IMG/VR virus record: IMGVR_UViG_3300043775_001834
Span: 1-64,000 of that record
Source: a virus
Strand: one strand, 5' to 3'
Length of the DNA: 64,000 nt
This document shows, piece by piece, positions 17,165-26,454 of this stretch. Position 1 is the first letter of the stretch. Each line of letters begins with the position of its first letter. A model generated the notes under the pieces. The model ran no database searches, had not been told where the DNA came from, and worked only from the letters and a program-made list of their open reading frames with translations. Made by a program: the position numbers and the translations under genes.

Positions 17165-18973
17165 ATGAACATAAAAACAGAGACTGAAGAATTATTAGAA
17201 AAATTTGGATGGGAATTAGGAGTAGATATACCAATATGGGCAGCCACCGAAATCTATGTTAAAACGATTAGTAAAGGTTATTTGATAGGAAATGAAACTC
17301 CTAAAGATGCTTATTGGCGAGTTTGCACAACGGTAGCAAAAAGATTAGGTAAGCCAGAAATGGCTTCTAAGTTCTTTGATTATATTTGGAAAGGTTGGTT
17401 GAATTTAGCCACTCCTGTACTTTCAAATACTGGAACTGAAAGAGGATTACCTATTAGTTGTTTTGGTATTGATGTCGCCGATTCGATATACGATATTGGT
17501 AATAAGAATCTAGAGATGATGATTCTTGCAAAACATGGTGGCGGTGTTGGTGTTGGTATTAATCAAATTAGACCAGCAGGTACAAAAATTAAAGGAAATG
17601 GAACTTCTGATGGAGTTGTGCCTTTTTGTAAAATTTACGATTCAACTATACTAGCTACATCTCAAGGATCTGTTCGTAGAGGTGCTGCTTCAGTTAATAT
17701 CGATATTGAGCATGCTGATTTTTGGGAATGGCTAGAAATCAGAGAACCTAAAGGTGATGTGAATCGTCAATCTCTAAACTTACACCAATGTGTTGTTATC
17801 TCTGATGCATTTATGCAAAAGGTAGAATTAGGCGATAAAGAAGCGAGAGCTCGATGGACTGCAGTAATACGTAAAAGACGTGGAACTGGTGAGCCATATA
17901 TTATGTTTAAAGGCAATGTAAATAGAAACAATCCTGAAGCATACAACAAACATGGATTAAAAGTTTACATGACTAATATTTGTTCAGAAATTACATTACA
18001 TACTGATGAATCCCATTCATTTGTTTGTTGTTTATCTTCTATCAATTTAGCTAAATATGACGAATGGAAAGACACTGATTTGATTTATACTTCAACTTGG
18101 TTCTTAGATGGAGTAATGGAGGAATTCATTACGAAAGCTAAGTATATGAGAGGATTTGAAAATGCAGTAAGATCTGCAGAAAAGGGTAGAGCTTTAGGAC
18201 TTGGAGTTCTTGGATGGCATACTTATTTACAAGACAGAGGAATTCCTTTTGAAGGACTTCCTGCTCAATATGCTACTCGTAAAATATTTTCTCAATTCAA
18301 ATTAGAGTCAGAAAGAGCAAGTAGAGATATGGCAAGAGAATTTGGTGAACCTCTTTGGTGTGTTGGTACTGGAATGAGAAACACTCACACCAGAGCAATT
18401 GCACCTACAGTTTCGAATTCTAAACTTTCTGGTAATGTATCACCTGGAATTGAAGCGTGGGCAGCAAATGTATTTACTGAACAAACCGCTAAAGGTACGT
18501 TCATTCGTAAAAATCCTACACTAGAAAAATTCTTAAGGAAAATTAAAAAGAACTCAAAAGAAGTATGGGATCAGATTCTTACCGATGGTGGATCTGTACA
18601 AGGTTTAGATTTCTTAGATGATTGGTTCTTTATGGAAGGTGCTCTAATAAATTCTGAAAAGAAGGCAGAAATAGAAACTACACTAAATGCAGATATTTTT
18701 GTACCATTTAAAGATGTGTTTAAAACATTCAAAGAAATCAATCAATTAGAATTAGTTAAGCAAGCTGGATTACGTCAAACTTATGTCGATCAAGCAGTTT
18801 CTCTTAATTTAGCATTCCCTACTGAAGCTACTCCTAAATTTATCAATCAAGTTCATATGGAAGCTTATAAACAAGGAATCAAAACTCTTTATTATATGAG
18901 AACTGAATCTGTACTTAGAGGTGATATCGCTGCTAAAGCATTAGATGAGAATTGCCTGTCATGTGATGGATAG
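17165..18973 (+). CDS. nrdA: Ribonucleotide reductase class Ia alpha subunit (no ATP cone)
   Basis: PISCF, TNICSEI, VCCLSS, AIAPTVS, KTLYYMR, C-terminal CLSCDG. Confidence 0.95.
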   Translation: MNIKTETEELLEKFGWELGVDIPIWAATEIYVKTISKGYLIGNETPKDAYWRVCTTVAKRLGKPEMASKFFDYIWKGWLNLATPVLSNTGTERGLPISCFGIDVADSIYDIGNKNLEMMILAKHGGGVGVGINQIRPAGTKIKGNGTSDGVVPFCKIYDSTILATSQGSVRRGAASVNIDIEHADFWEWLEIREPKGDVNRQSLNLHQCVVISDAFMQKVELGDKEARARWTAVIRKRRGTGEPYIMFKGNVNRNNPEAYNKHGLKVYMTNICSEITLHTDESHSFVCCLSSINLAKYDEWKDTDLIYTSTWFLDGVMEEFITKAKYMRGFENAVRSAEKGRALGLGVLGWHTYLQDRGIPFEGLPAQYATRKIFSQFKLESERASRDMAREFGEPLWCVGTGMRNTHTRAIAPTVSNSKLSGNVSPGIEAWAANVFTEQTAKGTFIRKNPTLEKFLRKIKKNSKEVWDQILTDGGSVQGLDFLDDWFFMEGALINSEKKAEIETTLNADIFVPFKDVFKTFKEINQLELVKQAGLRQTYVDQAVSLNLAFPTEATPKFINQVHMEAYKQGIKTLYYMRTESVLRGDIAAKALDENCLSCDG

Positions 18974-18993
18974 GATTAATTATTAACAATTTC

Positions 18994-19026
18994 AAAGCGA
19001 AAGTCATTTATTTGATTTTCGCTTTT
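18994..19026 (+). terminator. Terminator hairpin after nrdA
   Basis: AAAGCGAAAGTCA...TGATTTTCGCTTTT. Confidence 0.65.
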
Positions 19027-19058
19027 GTTGTCTACATATAACTTAAAAATAAAATAGT

Positions 19059-19307
19059 ATGGCAAAAGTAGAGTATTATGTAGGCATTCTGCCTGAAGAT
19101 TTTAATAAATTTGAAGAGTATGTTGAGTATCTAAATGATGATGCTCATTGTGATTGGAAATTCAAAGTTGATGTACTAAACGAATTTGACGATCCTGATG
19201 GATATTACACATTTCAAATTCGAGGGTATTGGGATTCATATAATAAATTTCTTGAGCAATCAAAGAATAACGGTTTCGTCCGATCTCTTACTCATTACGA
19301 AGAATAA
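19059..19307 (+). CDS. Hypothetical acidic protein
   Basis: ORF preceded by CATATAA (19035) and A-rich leader. Confidence 0.6.
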   Translation: MAKVEYYVGILPEDFNKFEEYVEYLNDDAHCDWKFKVDVLNEFDDPDGYYTFQIRGYWDSYNKFLEQSKNNGFVRSLTHYEE

Positions 19308-19334
19308 AACCAAATAGCCAAAAATGGCATATAA
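19306..19334 (+). promoter_or_regulatory. Replication-class promoter AAAAC-N17-CATATAA
   Basis: Upstream of putative sliding clamp. Confidence 0.6.
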
Positions 19335-19357
19335 CAAATAACCTTAACATTTAAAGA

Positions 19358-20104
19358 ATGAAAATAAAAATTACTAAAGTATCAGTTCCTAATTTAATGT
19401 CTTTATGTAAAAAGATGTTGCTTATGGACACATCTATTTACTTGAATGTAGATCCAGACCATGTATGGTCAAGTGTATTTACGCCAACTAAAGATGTTGT
19501 AAAATCTATTCACTTGCCGGCAAAAGATGTATTTACATTTGATACGCCATTGACCGAAACAATTAAATTGTCGTTTCACTCTGGTCAAAAATTATTAAAT
19601 TGCCTTGGATATTTCGATCCACATAATTTAACTGCCGAAATTAGCGCATTTAAAGATGAAGATGATGGTATTGTATATGCCGAAAAAATTATCTTTAGAG
19701 ATAACCAACTTAAAATCGAAGTTTATTGTCAAGATATTTCTTTAGGTTTTACTGCAATGTCCGAAGACCAAATCAAACGAGCCTTCGATACTTCTTCAGA
19801 AAAATTCAAATTCAAACTTGCATCCGAAGATTTTAACAAACTTTTATCACTACAAACTTTAGATAAAAGTGAATTGTTTACAATTTATTCAGATGAACAA
19901 GGTGTTCACGTAAAATCAGAATCTTTTGATATCATTATCGATGACCATGTCAAAACCGTAAATGCACCTTCAGCAATTTTCAAATCATTCTTAGCAAGAG
20001 TTGACAAAGAAACATATGATGCAATTGTATGTGAAAACAAAATCTTGCTTATTTCTACTGAATCTAATTCAAAAATTGCTTTAAATTTAGCTATATTAGA
20101 TTAA
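19358..20104 (+). CDS. gp45: DNA polymerase sliding clamp (gp45-like)
   Basis: 248 aa, two-domain beta/alpha pattern (FKFKLASEDFNKLL), replication context. Confidence 0.55.
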   Translation: MKIKITKVSVPNLMSLCKKMLLMDTSIYLNVDPDHVWSSVFTPTKDVVKSIHLPAKDVFTFDTPLTETIKLSFHSGQKLLNCLGYFDPHNLTAEISAFKDEDDGIVYAEKIIFRDNQLKIEVYCQDISLGFTAMSEDQIKRAFDTSSEKFKFKLASEDFNKLLSLQTLDKSELFTIYSDEQGVHVKSESFDIIIDDHVKTVNAPSAIFKSFLARVDKETYDAIVCENKILLISTESNSKIALNLAILD

Positions 20105-20108
20105 TGCC

Positions 20109-20807
20109 ATGAGTAAGTACGAAAGAAACTTAATGCTAAAAGAAGTAAAAGATGGTACTCGAATTTATTATCGAGAAAATTCATCTGACTTATATGCTTA
20201 CTTAGAAAACCAATACAAATTACCCGATTTAACTCGTGAAGATGTAATGATGGATGTTGGTGCTAATATGGGTGATATTCCTCTAAGGTTTGCAAATAGA
20301 GTAGGTAAAATCTATAGTTATGAGCCAATACCAGAAACATTTGAGATTTTAAAAACGAATGTAGAAGCAAACGGTTATAATAACTGTGAGATTTCTAATT
20401 CAGCTATATCTGCTAATAATGGAAGCCTAACTATGTACTTAAATGATGCAGCTAAATGTTGCCATGTTACAGCTTCTATGTATAAAAGGAGAGTAAAAAC
20501 TCAAATCGAAGTTACGGTACCAGCTATTTCTTTTAGTGAAGAGGTTAGAAGGATAAAGCCTACTATCATCAAAATGGACATTGAAGGCGCAGAAATTGAC
20601 ATCCTTAATAACGTTGAAGATTCGGTATTTGATGGAGTTAGGATATTCTATGTTGAACTACATTTAGACAGAGACAAAGAATATGGAGTAGAATGGAATA
20701 TGCGAACCGGTGATAGATTCACTAAAATATTCGGACAAGGAGAAGAACAGGTAATAAGAGTCTTTAATAAACATGTTGCATCTATTTGGAAATTCCAAAG
20801 ACAATAA
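20109..20807 (+). CDS. FkbM-family SAM-dependent methyltransferase
   Basis: MMDVGANMG, YSYEP, IIKMDIEGAE. Confidence 0.85.
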   Translation: MSKYERNLMLKEVKDGTRIYYRENSSDLYAYLENQYKLPDLTREDVMMDVGANMGDIPLRFANRVGKIYSYEPIPETFEILKTNVEANGYNNCEISNSAISANNGSLTMYLNDAAKCCHVTASMYKRRVKTQIEVTVPAISFSEEVRRIKPTIIKMDIEGAEIDILNNVEDSVFDGVRIFYVELHLDRDKEYGVEWNMRTGDRFTKIFGQGEEQVIRVFNKHVASIWKFQRQ

Positions 20808-20825
20808 ACTGCATATAACTTAAAT

Positions 20826-22019
20826 ATGAATATAGAAAAACTTACATTAGAAGACATACAAAATTTAGATTTCTCGACTTTAAGTCCTGAAGAACTAAAT
20901 GAATTTAAGAATGAATCCTTAAGATGTGCATCTTCTGAGCAGGCGATAAAGCTCATCATTAATTCAATTTACGGTGCATTCGCAAACGAATATTTTCACT
21001 TCTATAACATTGCAATTGCAGAAACCGTAACATTACAAGGACAAGATGCTATTCGTTTTACCGAAGTAATGGTTGACAAGTACTTTAAAGAATTCTTTCA
21101 TAAAGATCGAGCTTTGTTAGAAAAATTAGGTGTTCCTGAAGGTGTTCAAGTAAAACCAATCAAAGGTCAAGTATGGAAATATACTGATACGGATTCGGGT
21201 TATCTTATTTTCGAAGAAGTTATGGATTCTGTTGAATGGCAAGGTACAGTTAAAGATTTTGTGTTAAATATTAATGCAAATCGACTTGCCGCATATATCA
21301 AAAAAGTATTAGATGATTATGCAAAACAACGTAATACTGAAAATTACTTGGATTTCGAGCTAGAAACAATTGCAGAAAATGCAATATGGGTTGCTAAAAA
21401 GAAATATATCCAAAACATCATATGGAAAGATGGTAAAGATTACGATAACCTATCTTATGTGAAAACTACAGGTCTAGAGATTATTCAATCATCAACTCCA
21501 GTATTTTGCAGACAAAAACTAACAGATGCTGTAAGATTTATTTTCACGAAGAAAAAAATCACACCTAAAGACAATGCAGAGTTAGTTAAAATTATCAAAG
21601 AAATAAAGAAAGAGTTTAAACTTTCAAACATTGAAAAAATATCAATGTCTCGAGGAATATCTGATTACAACAAATTCATCATCAACGACCAAACATCCTT
21701 TGAAATGAAATCAGGTTGTCCAATTCACGTCAGAGCAGGTGGTTATCATAACTATTTGCTTAATCAAGACCCAAAATTAAAAGGCAAATATCAATTGATA
21801 CAAGCTGGAGATAAAGTAAAATGGTATCATTCATCAGATCAATTCTGTGATGTATTTGCCTATACTTCTGGAAATTATCCTATTGAATTTGCACCTAAAA
21901 TAAACCTCGAACATCAATTCCAAAAAACCATTCTAGATCCTCTAAATCGAATCATTGTTCCTGCAGGGTTACCTCCACTCCACCCTTCGTTAGCGTATAC
22001 TATCGGGTCACTTTTTTAA
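20826..22019 (+). CDS. gp43: Family B DNA polymerase, C-terminal subunit (motifs B, C, thumb), gp43B
   Basis: EQAIKLIINSIYGAF, TVTLQGQ, YTDTDS, AKKKYI, GLEIIQSSTP; C-terminal clamp-binding-like SLF; own CATATAA promoter at 20812. Confidence 0.9.
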   Translation: MNIEKLTLEDIQNLDFSTLSPEELNEFKNESLRCASSEQAIKLIINSIYGAFANEYFHFYNIAIAETVTLQGQDAIRFTEVMVDKYFKEFFHKDRALLEKLGVPEGVQVKPIKGQVWKYTDTDSGYLIFEEVMDSVEWQGTVKDFVLNINANRLAAYIKKVLDDYAKQRNTENYLDFELETIAENAIWVAKKKYIQNIIWKDGKDYDNLSYVKTTGLEIIQSSTPVFCRQKLTDAVRFIFTKKKITPKDNAELVKIIKEIKKEFKLSNIEKISMSRGISDYNKFIINDQTSFEMKSGCPIHVRAGGYHNYLLNQDPKLKGKYQLIQAGDKVKWYHSSDQFCDVFAYTSGNYPIEFAPKINLEHQFQKTILDPLNRIIVPAGLPPLHPSLAYTIGSLF

Positions 22020-22063
22020 TAAAGAGGACTATTCTAGAAAACTAAAATAAAAGTAAGTAAAAC

Positions 22064-23248
22064 ATGAGTAAAGAGTATTCAATCTTAGAACTACAAAAGG
22101 AATTAAAGAAAATTAATCCATTTGGAGACGTCATCAGTAAAAATGACTTCTCAAAAATTTCTGAATGGATCGACACAGGAAACTACCACTTGAATGCGGT
22201 ATTTTCAGGCGATCTTTTCGGTGGAATCCCAAACAATCGAACTATCTGTTTAGCAGGTGAGTCAGGAACAGGTAAAACATTCTTGATGCTTAATATGGTA
22301 AGAGAAATGCAACAAAAAGGTTATTATGTGATTTATTACGACACTGAAGGTGCAGTAGATATCGATAATATTAAGAATTTTGGAGTAGATCCAGAAAAAT
22401 TCGATCATCAACCAATGTCAGATTTAGCTAGATTCCGTACATCAATTACAACTTTATGTAAGAAGATGATGGAAGCTAAAGAGAAAGGTCACAAAACTCC
22501 TAAAATCGCAATTTGCCTAGATTCATTAGGTATGCTTGCAACTACAAAGGAAATTGATGATGCACAATCAGGGAATAGTGCAGCCGATATGACTCGTGCT
22601 AAAATGGTTCGTTCTCTATTCCGTATCATTACTTCGGATTTAACTGGTCTCGGAATACCTTTCTTATTCACAAATCACACATACGCTTCTACTGGTATGT
22701 TTCCAACGATTAACCTTTCCGGTGGAGGTGGATTAGTTTATTCAGCTTCTGTAATTTTAGCTCTTTCAAAAGCTCAAATCAAAGAAGGTACTGTACAAAC
22801 TGGAATCATCGTATCAGTTAAAACTCTTAAGAATCGTTTTGGTAAACCAATTCCAATCAAATTCCATATTCGTTGGGATAAAGGTATGAACCGATTCATC
22901 GGGATGGAAGAGTATATTTCATGGGAAACTTGTGGAATTCAAAAAGGTAATATTATCACTCAAAAAGATTACGATAAACTTACTGAAAAGGATCGTCCAT
23001 CCGCTAAACCTTTCGAAATCGAAGGAGTAACTCATTACTTTGTAGCTAGAGATACTGCTCGTAATTTTATCGTTAAGCACTTAGGTAAAGGTGTAAGTCC
23101 TTACGAACTATTTAGTGAAACCGTATTTACGACAGAAGTTCTTACTGAAATCAACGAAAAGAAAATTAAATCTAAATTTAGCTATGGTATTGATGCTAAT
23201 GAAATTGAAGAATTTGAAGAATTCCTTATAGGAAGTGACGATGAATAA
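22064..23248 (+). CDS. uvsX: RecA-like recombinase UvsX
   Basis: AGESGTGKT, YDTEG, DSLGML, ADMTRAK, TNHTY, SGGGG. Confidence 0.9.
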   Translation: MSKEYSILELQKELKKINPFGDVISKNDFSKISEWIDTGNYHLNAVFSGDLFGGIPNNRTICLAGESGTGKTFLMLNMVREMQQKGYYVIYYDTEGAVDIDNIKNFGVDPEKFDHQPMSDLARFRTSITTLCKKMMEAKEKGHKTPKIAICLDSLGMLATTKEIDDAQSGNSAADMTRAKMVRSLFRIITSDLTGLGIPFLFTNHTYASTGMFPTINLSGGGGLVYSASVILALSKAQIKEGTVQTGIIVSVKTLKNRFGKPIPIKFHIRWDKGMNRFIGMEEYISWETCGIQKGNIITQKDYDKLTEKDRPSAKPFEIEGVTHYFVARDTARNFIVKHLGKGVSPYELFSETVFTTEVLTEINEKKIKSKFSYGIDANEIEEFEEFLIGSDDE

Positions 23249-23570
23249 AGATTCGATAAAAATAAAGTATTTGATGGGGTCATTTCGTGATGACCCTCAA
23301 TACCCTTCTCAAGAAGATTTTGAGTACCTAATACTTAATTGGTATTTCAATGAAGGTGGTAAAGATTTTATGGAATATCGTAGAATCGACGAAACCCAAA
23401 CTACAAATCCAGTTTTCACTGGTTCAATTCTTACCGAAAAACTTAATGGAGATGAAAAATTATCTAAATCCCTTATTGAAACTCTAATCGCTGAAGGTGT
23501 AATTCAAGTCCTCAAAGAAACTCGGTTTACTTCATACTACGAAATATTAAAAACCAAAATGCCTATTTAG
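23235..23570 (+). CDS. Hypothetical protein between uvsX and gp41
   Basis: ORF track; overlaps uvsX end. Confidence 0.55.
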   Translation: MTMNKDSIKIKYLMGSFRDDPQYPSQEDFEYLILNWYFNEGGKDFMEYRRIDETQTTNPVFTGSILTEKLNGDEKLSKSLIETLIAEGVIQVLKETRFTSYYEILKTKMPI

Positions 23571-23578
23571 GCATATTA
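23550..23578 (+). promoter_or_regulatory. Replication-class promoter AAAAC-N17-CATATTA
   Basis: Upstream of gp41. Confidence 0.5.
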
Positions 23579-23588
23579 AATAAAAACT

Positions 23589-24887
23589 ATGATTGGAGCA
23601 ACTGAATTTGAAAAGGTCTTCTATCTTTACACACTACAAAATCCTAAATATCTAAGAAACATTAGTGAAGCATTTTATGAAAATGACCAAATAGGTACAT
23701 TACATACAATTACTAAACAATTCTATGATAGATTTAATCAAGTTCCTTCACAAGAACAATTACAAATTGTAGCAAAGCAAGATAAATTTAAAGACGACGT
23801 TACAGAATCTATTATTAATTTAATATTTGATGAACCTATAGCTTCATACGATCAAGAATGGGTTGAAGAAACCTGTCAATCTTGGATTTTGTGGAAATCT
23901 TTAGATAAATCATTAATTGATACTTTAGAATATGTAAAAACAGTTAAAGTTAATCCAAACAATGTTAAGGAAATAATTCAAAAGGTTAAAACCTTGATTA
24001 ATGAGAGAAACAACATCACATTTAATCAAGACTTAGGTAAGAATTTCTTTGAAGCAGCTTCTCACATACCTGAAGCAAATTCAAAAATTACTACATGTCA
24101 TAATTGGATTGACCAATATACTGGTGGTTATCGTACAAAATCGCTTGTAATTTATGCAGGTGAACAAAACATTGGTAAATCTATATGGTTAGCTAATGAT
24201 GCAGTAAATTATGTTAAAGCCGGTTATGATGTTGCGGTAATTACTGCTGAAATGGCAGACATTGATTTTATTCATCGTATTGGTTCGAATTTACTTAATG
24301 TAAAAGTTTCTGAATATGAAAAATTATCAAAACAACCTAATTTCATTAAAGGCAGATTATCAAATTTAACGAATGGTGTGATTCCGCCAGGAAATCTTTT
24401 TGTTAAAGAATATCCAACTTCGCAAGCAACGGTTCCAGATATTGAAACTTACTTAAAGTAATTAGAAACAGTTAATGGAATAAAATTAAAGGCGATTATT
24501 ATTGACTATATCAATATTCTTGCAAATTACAGAAATCCAAATACCGAGAATACCTACATGAAAATCAAACAAATTGCTGAAGATTTAAGAGCAATGGCTG
24601 TAAGAAATGATTGGATAGTTATATCAGCAACGCAAATCAATAGAGGCGGTTATGATTCAACGGAAATCTCTCTAGGAAATATTGCAGAATCAGCAGGCCT
24701 TTCTCATACTGCCGATATCATTTATGGTATCATTCAAGATTCATCGATGCACATTAGTAATGAATATTGGTTGAAGCTATTGAAAGTGAGAAACGGATCA
24801 GGTAAAAACAGTCGATGCAGGTACAATATAGATTATTCATATATGAGACTTCTAGAAACTACCGACATCATAAACACATCAATTTAA
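23589..24887 (+). CDS. gp41: Replicative DnaB-like helicase (gp41) interrupted by one in-frame TAA at 24459-24461
   Basis: Walker A GEQNIGKS, ITAEM, VKEYPT; frame continues after TAA: LETVNGIKLKAIIIDYINIL (Walker B)...IAEDLRAMA, SATQINR, AESAGL. Confidence 0.85.
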
Positions 24888-24888
24888 T

Positions 24889-25359
24889 ATGATAAATCCA
24901 GAAGAAGTAATTCCGGATGAATTCGAGAACGACGGTCACAAAAAAGACAAGATATTTGATAATTCATACGATGAAATAGAGATCGATACATCGGAAATCA
25001 ATTTTGCAGTAGATCCAGCATATCAACCTAAAACTTATGAATATACTATCGACGAGAAAATGATTCTCGAAAAGGTAGAAGAAGTTTTATCGGAAGAAAC
25101 TAAATTTTCAAAGTTTCAAATACCTGATGAATTAGGAAATTACAGAAAAATGCACAAAAGTGACATAAACGAAATTTATCTTTATGTTACCACTAAATTA
25201 CCAAATGAACCCCGAATTGAAATATTCTCTATTGTATCTTCAATGTTTGATATAAATTCCGAGAAATTTTACGATTCATTATCAAACTCATTTAAAACTG
25301 AATTGATAACTGAATTAAGAGGTAGAGGTTATTTAAAAGATAGAAACACATTATTTTAG
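24889..25359 (+). CDS. Hypothetical acidic protein
   Basis: ORF track. Confidence 0.6.
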   Translation: MINPEEVIPDEFENDGHKKDKIFDNSYDEIEIDTSEINFAVDPAYQPKTYEYTIDEKMILEKVEEVLSEETKFSKFQIPDELGNYRKMHKSDINEIYLYVTTKLPNEPRIEIFSIVSSMFDINSEKFYDSLSNSFKTELITELRGRGYLKDRNTLF

Positions 25360-25362
25360 AAT

Positions 25363-26454
25363 ATGGAGATTAAAGCTAAAAGAGCATTTATTATATCCGA
25401 TACTCATTTAGGAGCTCGTTCGAATTCGGTCGAGTGGCTAGAAGTAATGCGTGACTGGTTCTATTCAGATTTTTTACCTAGAGTAGAGAAGGAATATCGA
25501 CCTGGAGATATTCTTATTCATTGTGGTGATGTTTTTGACAATCGACAATCGGTTAACTTATTAGTACTCCATGAAGGCATTAGATTGTTTGAAGAATTTT
25601 CAAGAATCTTTGCTGATGGAGTATATGTTATTGCCGGTAATCATGACGTAATGAGAAAAACAACAAATGATGTTTCATCTTTAGATTCTCTAAAATACAT
25701 TCCACGAATCAATATTATTAAGGAACCAGTAATTGCAGAAATTGGTGAAGTTAAAGCACTTTTTATGCCATGGAGAACTAATGATGAAGAAGAACGAGAA
25801 TGCATCAAATCATATAATGTTCATGAATTGCAATATTTATTCTGTCACACAAATATCCGAAATTTAAAGTTTGACAATAATCGAGATGTCGAAGAAGGCT
25901 TAAATATTTCTGAATTAAATGAATTTAAGCGAGTATATTCAGGACATATCCATTGGGGTCAATCCAGAAGAAACGTTACAATGGTTGGTAATCCATATCA
26001 AATGACTCGTTCAGATGCCGGAAACAAAAAAGGATTTTATATCTTAGATTTTGAAAATGCAGAAGAAACTTTCTGTGAAAATGAATATTCGCCTAAATTT
26101 GTTAGAGTATATTTGAATAAATTCTTAGATAAAACTACTAAGGAATTAGAAGATATATGTAGAAATAATAGAGTAGATTTGTATGTTCCTTCGAGTTTTT
26201 TAATTAAATATCAAATCAATCCTATCATCGATATTTTAAGTTTGATAACTAAAAAATTAGAAGTAATTCCATTTGAAGATGATTTGACATCAGACTTAGA
26301 TTTATCCGACGAAGTTGAACAATCATATAATATCTATGGTTTATGTGAAAGATATGTGAAAAATATATCTACCTTAGATGATACTACAAAAGAAAGAGTT
26401 TTGACAAAAATCAACACTTTATACACAAACGTAATAAAAGAAACACGAGATTAA
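25363..26454 (+). CDS. gp47: Recombination nuclease subunit (gp47/Mre11/SbcD-like)
   Basis: SDTHLG, GDVFD, GNHD, SGHIH metallophosphoesterase motifs. Confidence 0.92.
   Translation: MEIKAKRAFIISDTHLGARSNSVEWLEVMRDWFYSDFLPRVEKEYRPGDILIHCGDVFDNRQSVNLLVLHEGIRLFEEFSRIFADGVYVIAGNHDVMRKTTNDVSSLDSLKYIPRINIIKEPVIAEIGEVKALFMPWRTNDEEERECIKSYNVHELQYLFCHTNIRNLKFDNNRDVEEGLNISELNEFKRVYSGHIHWGQSRRNVTMVGNPYQMTRSDAGNKKGFYILDFENAEETFCENEYSPKFVRVYLNKFLDKTTKELEDICRNNRVDLYVPSSFLIKYQINPIIDILSLITKKLEVIPFEDDLTSDLDLSDEVEQSYNIYGLCERYVKNISTLDDTTKERVLTKINTLYTNVIKETRD

Noticed and set aside
16140-20825. Intein or intron joining the polymerase halves
   Set aside because: No Hint motifs at either junction; the interval holds ordinary genes.
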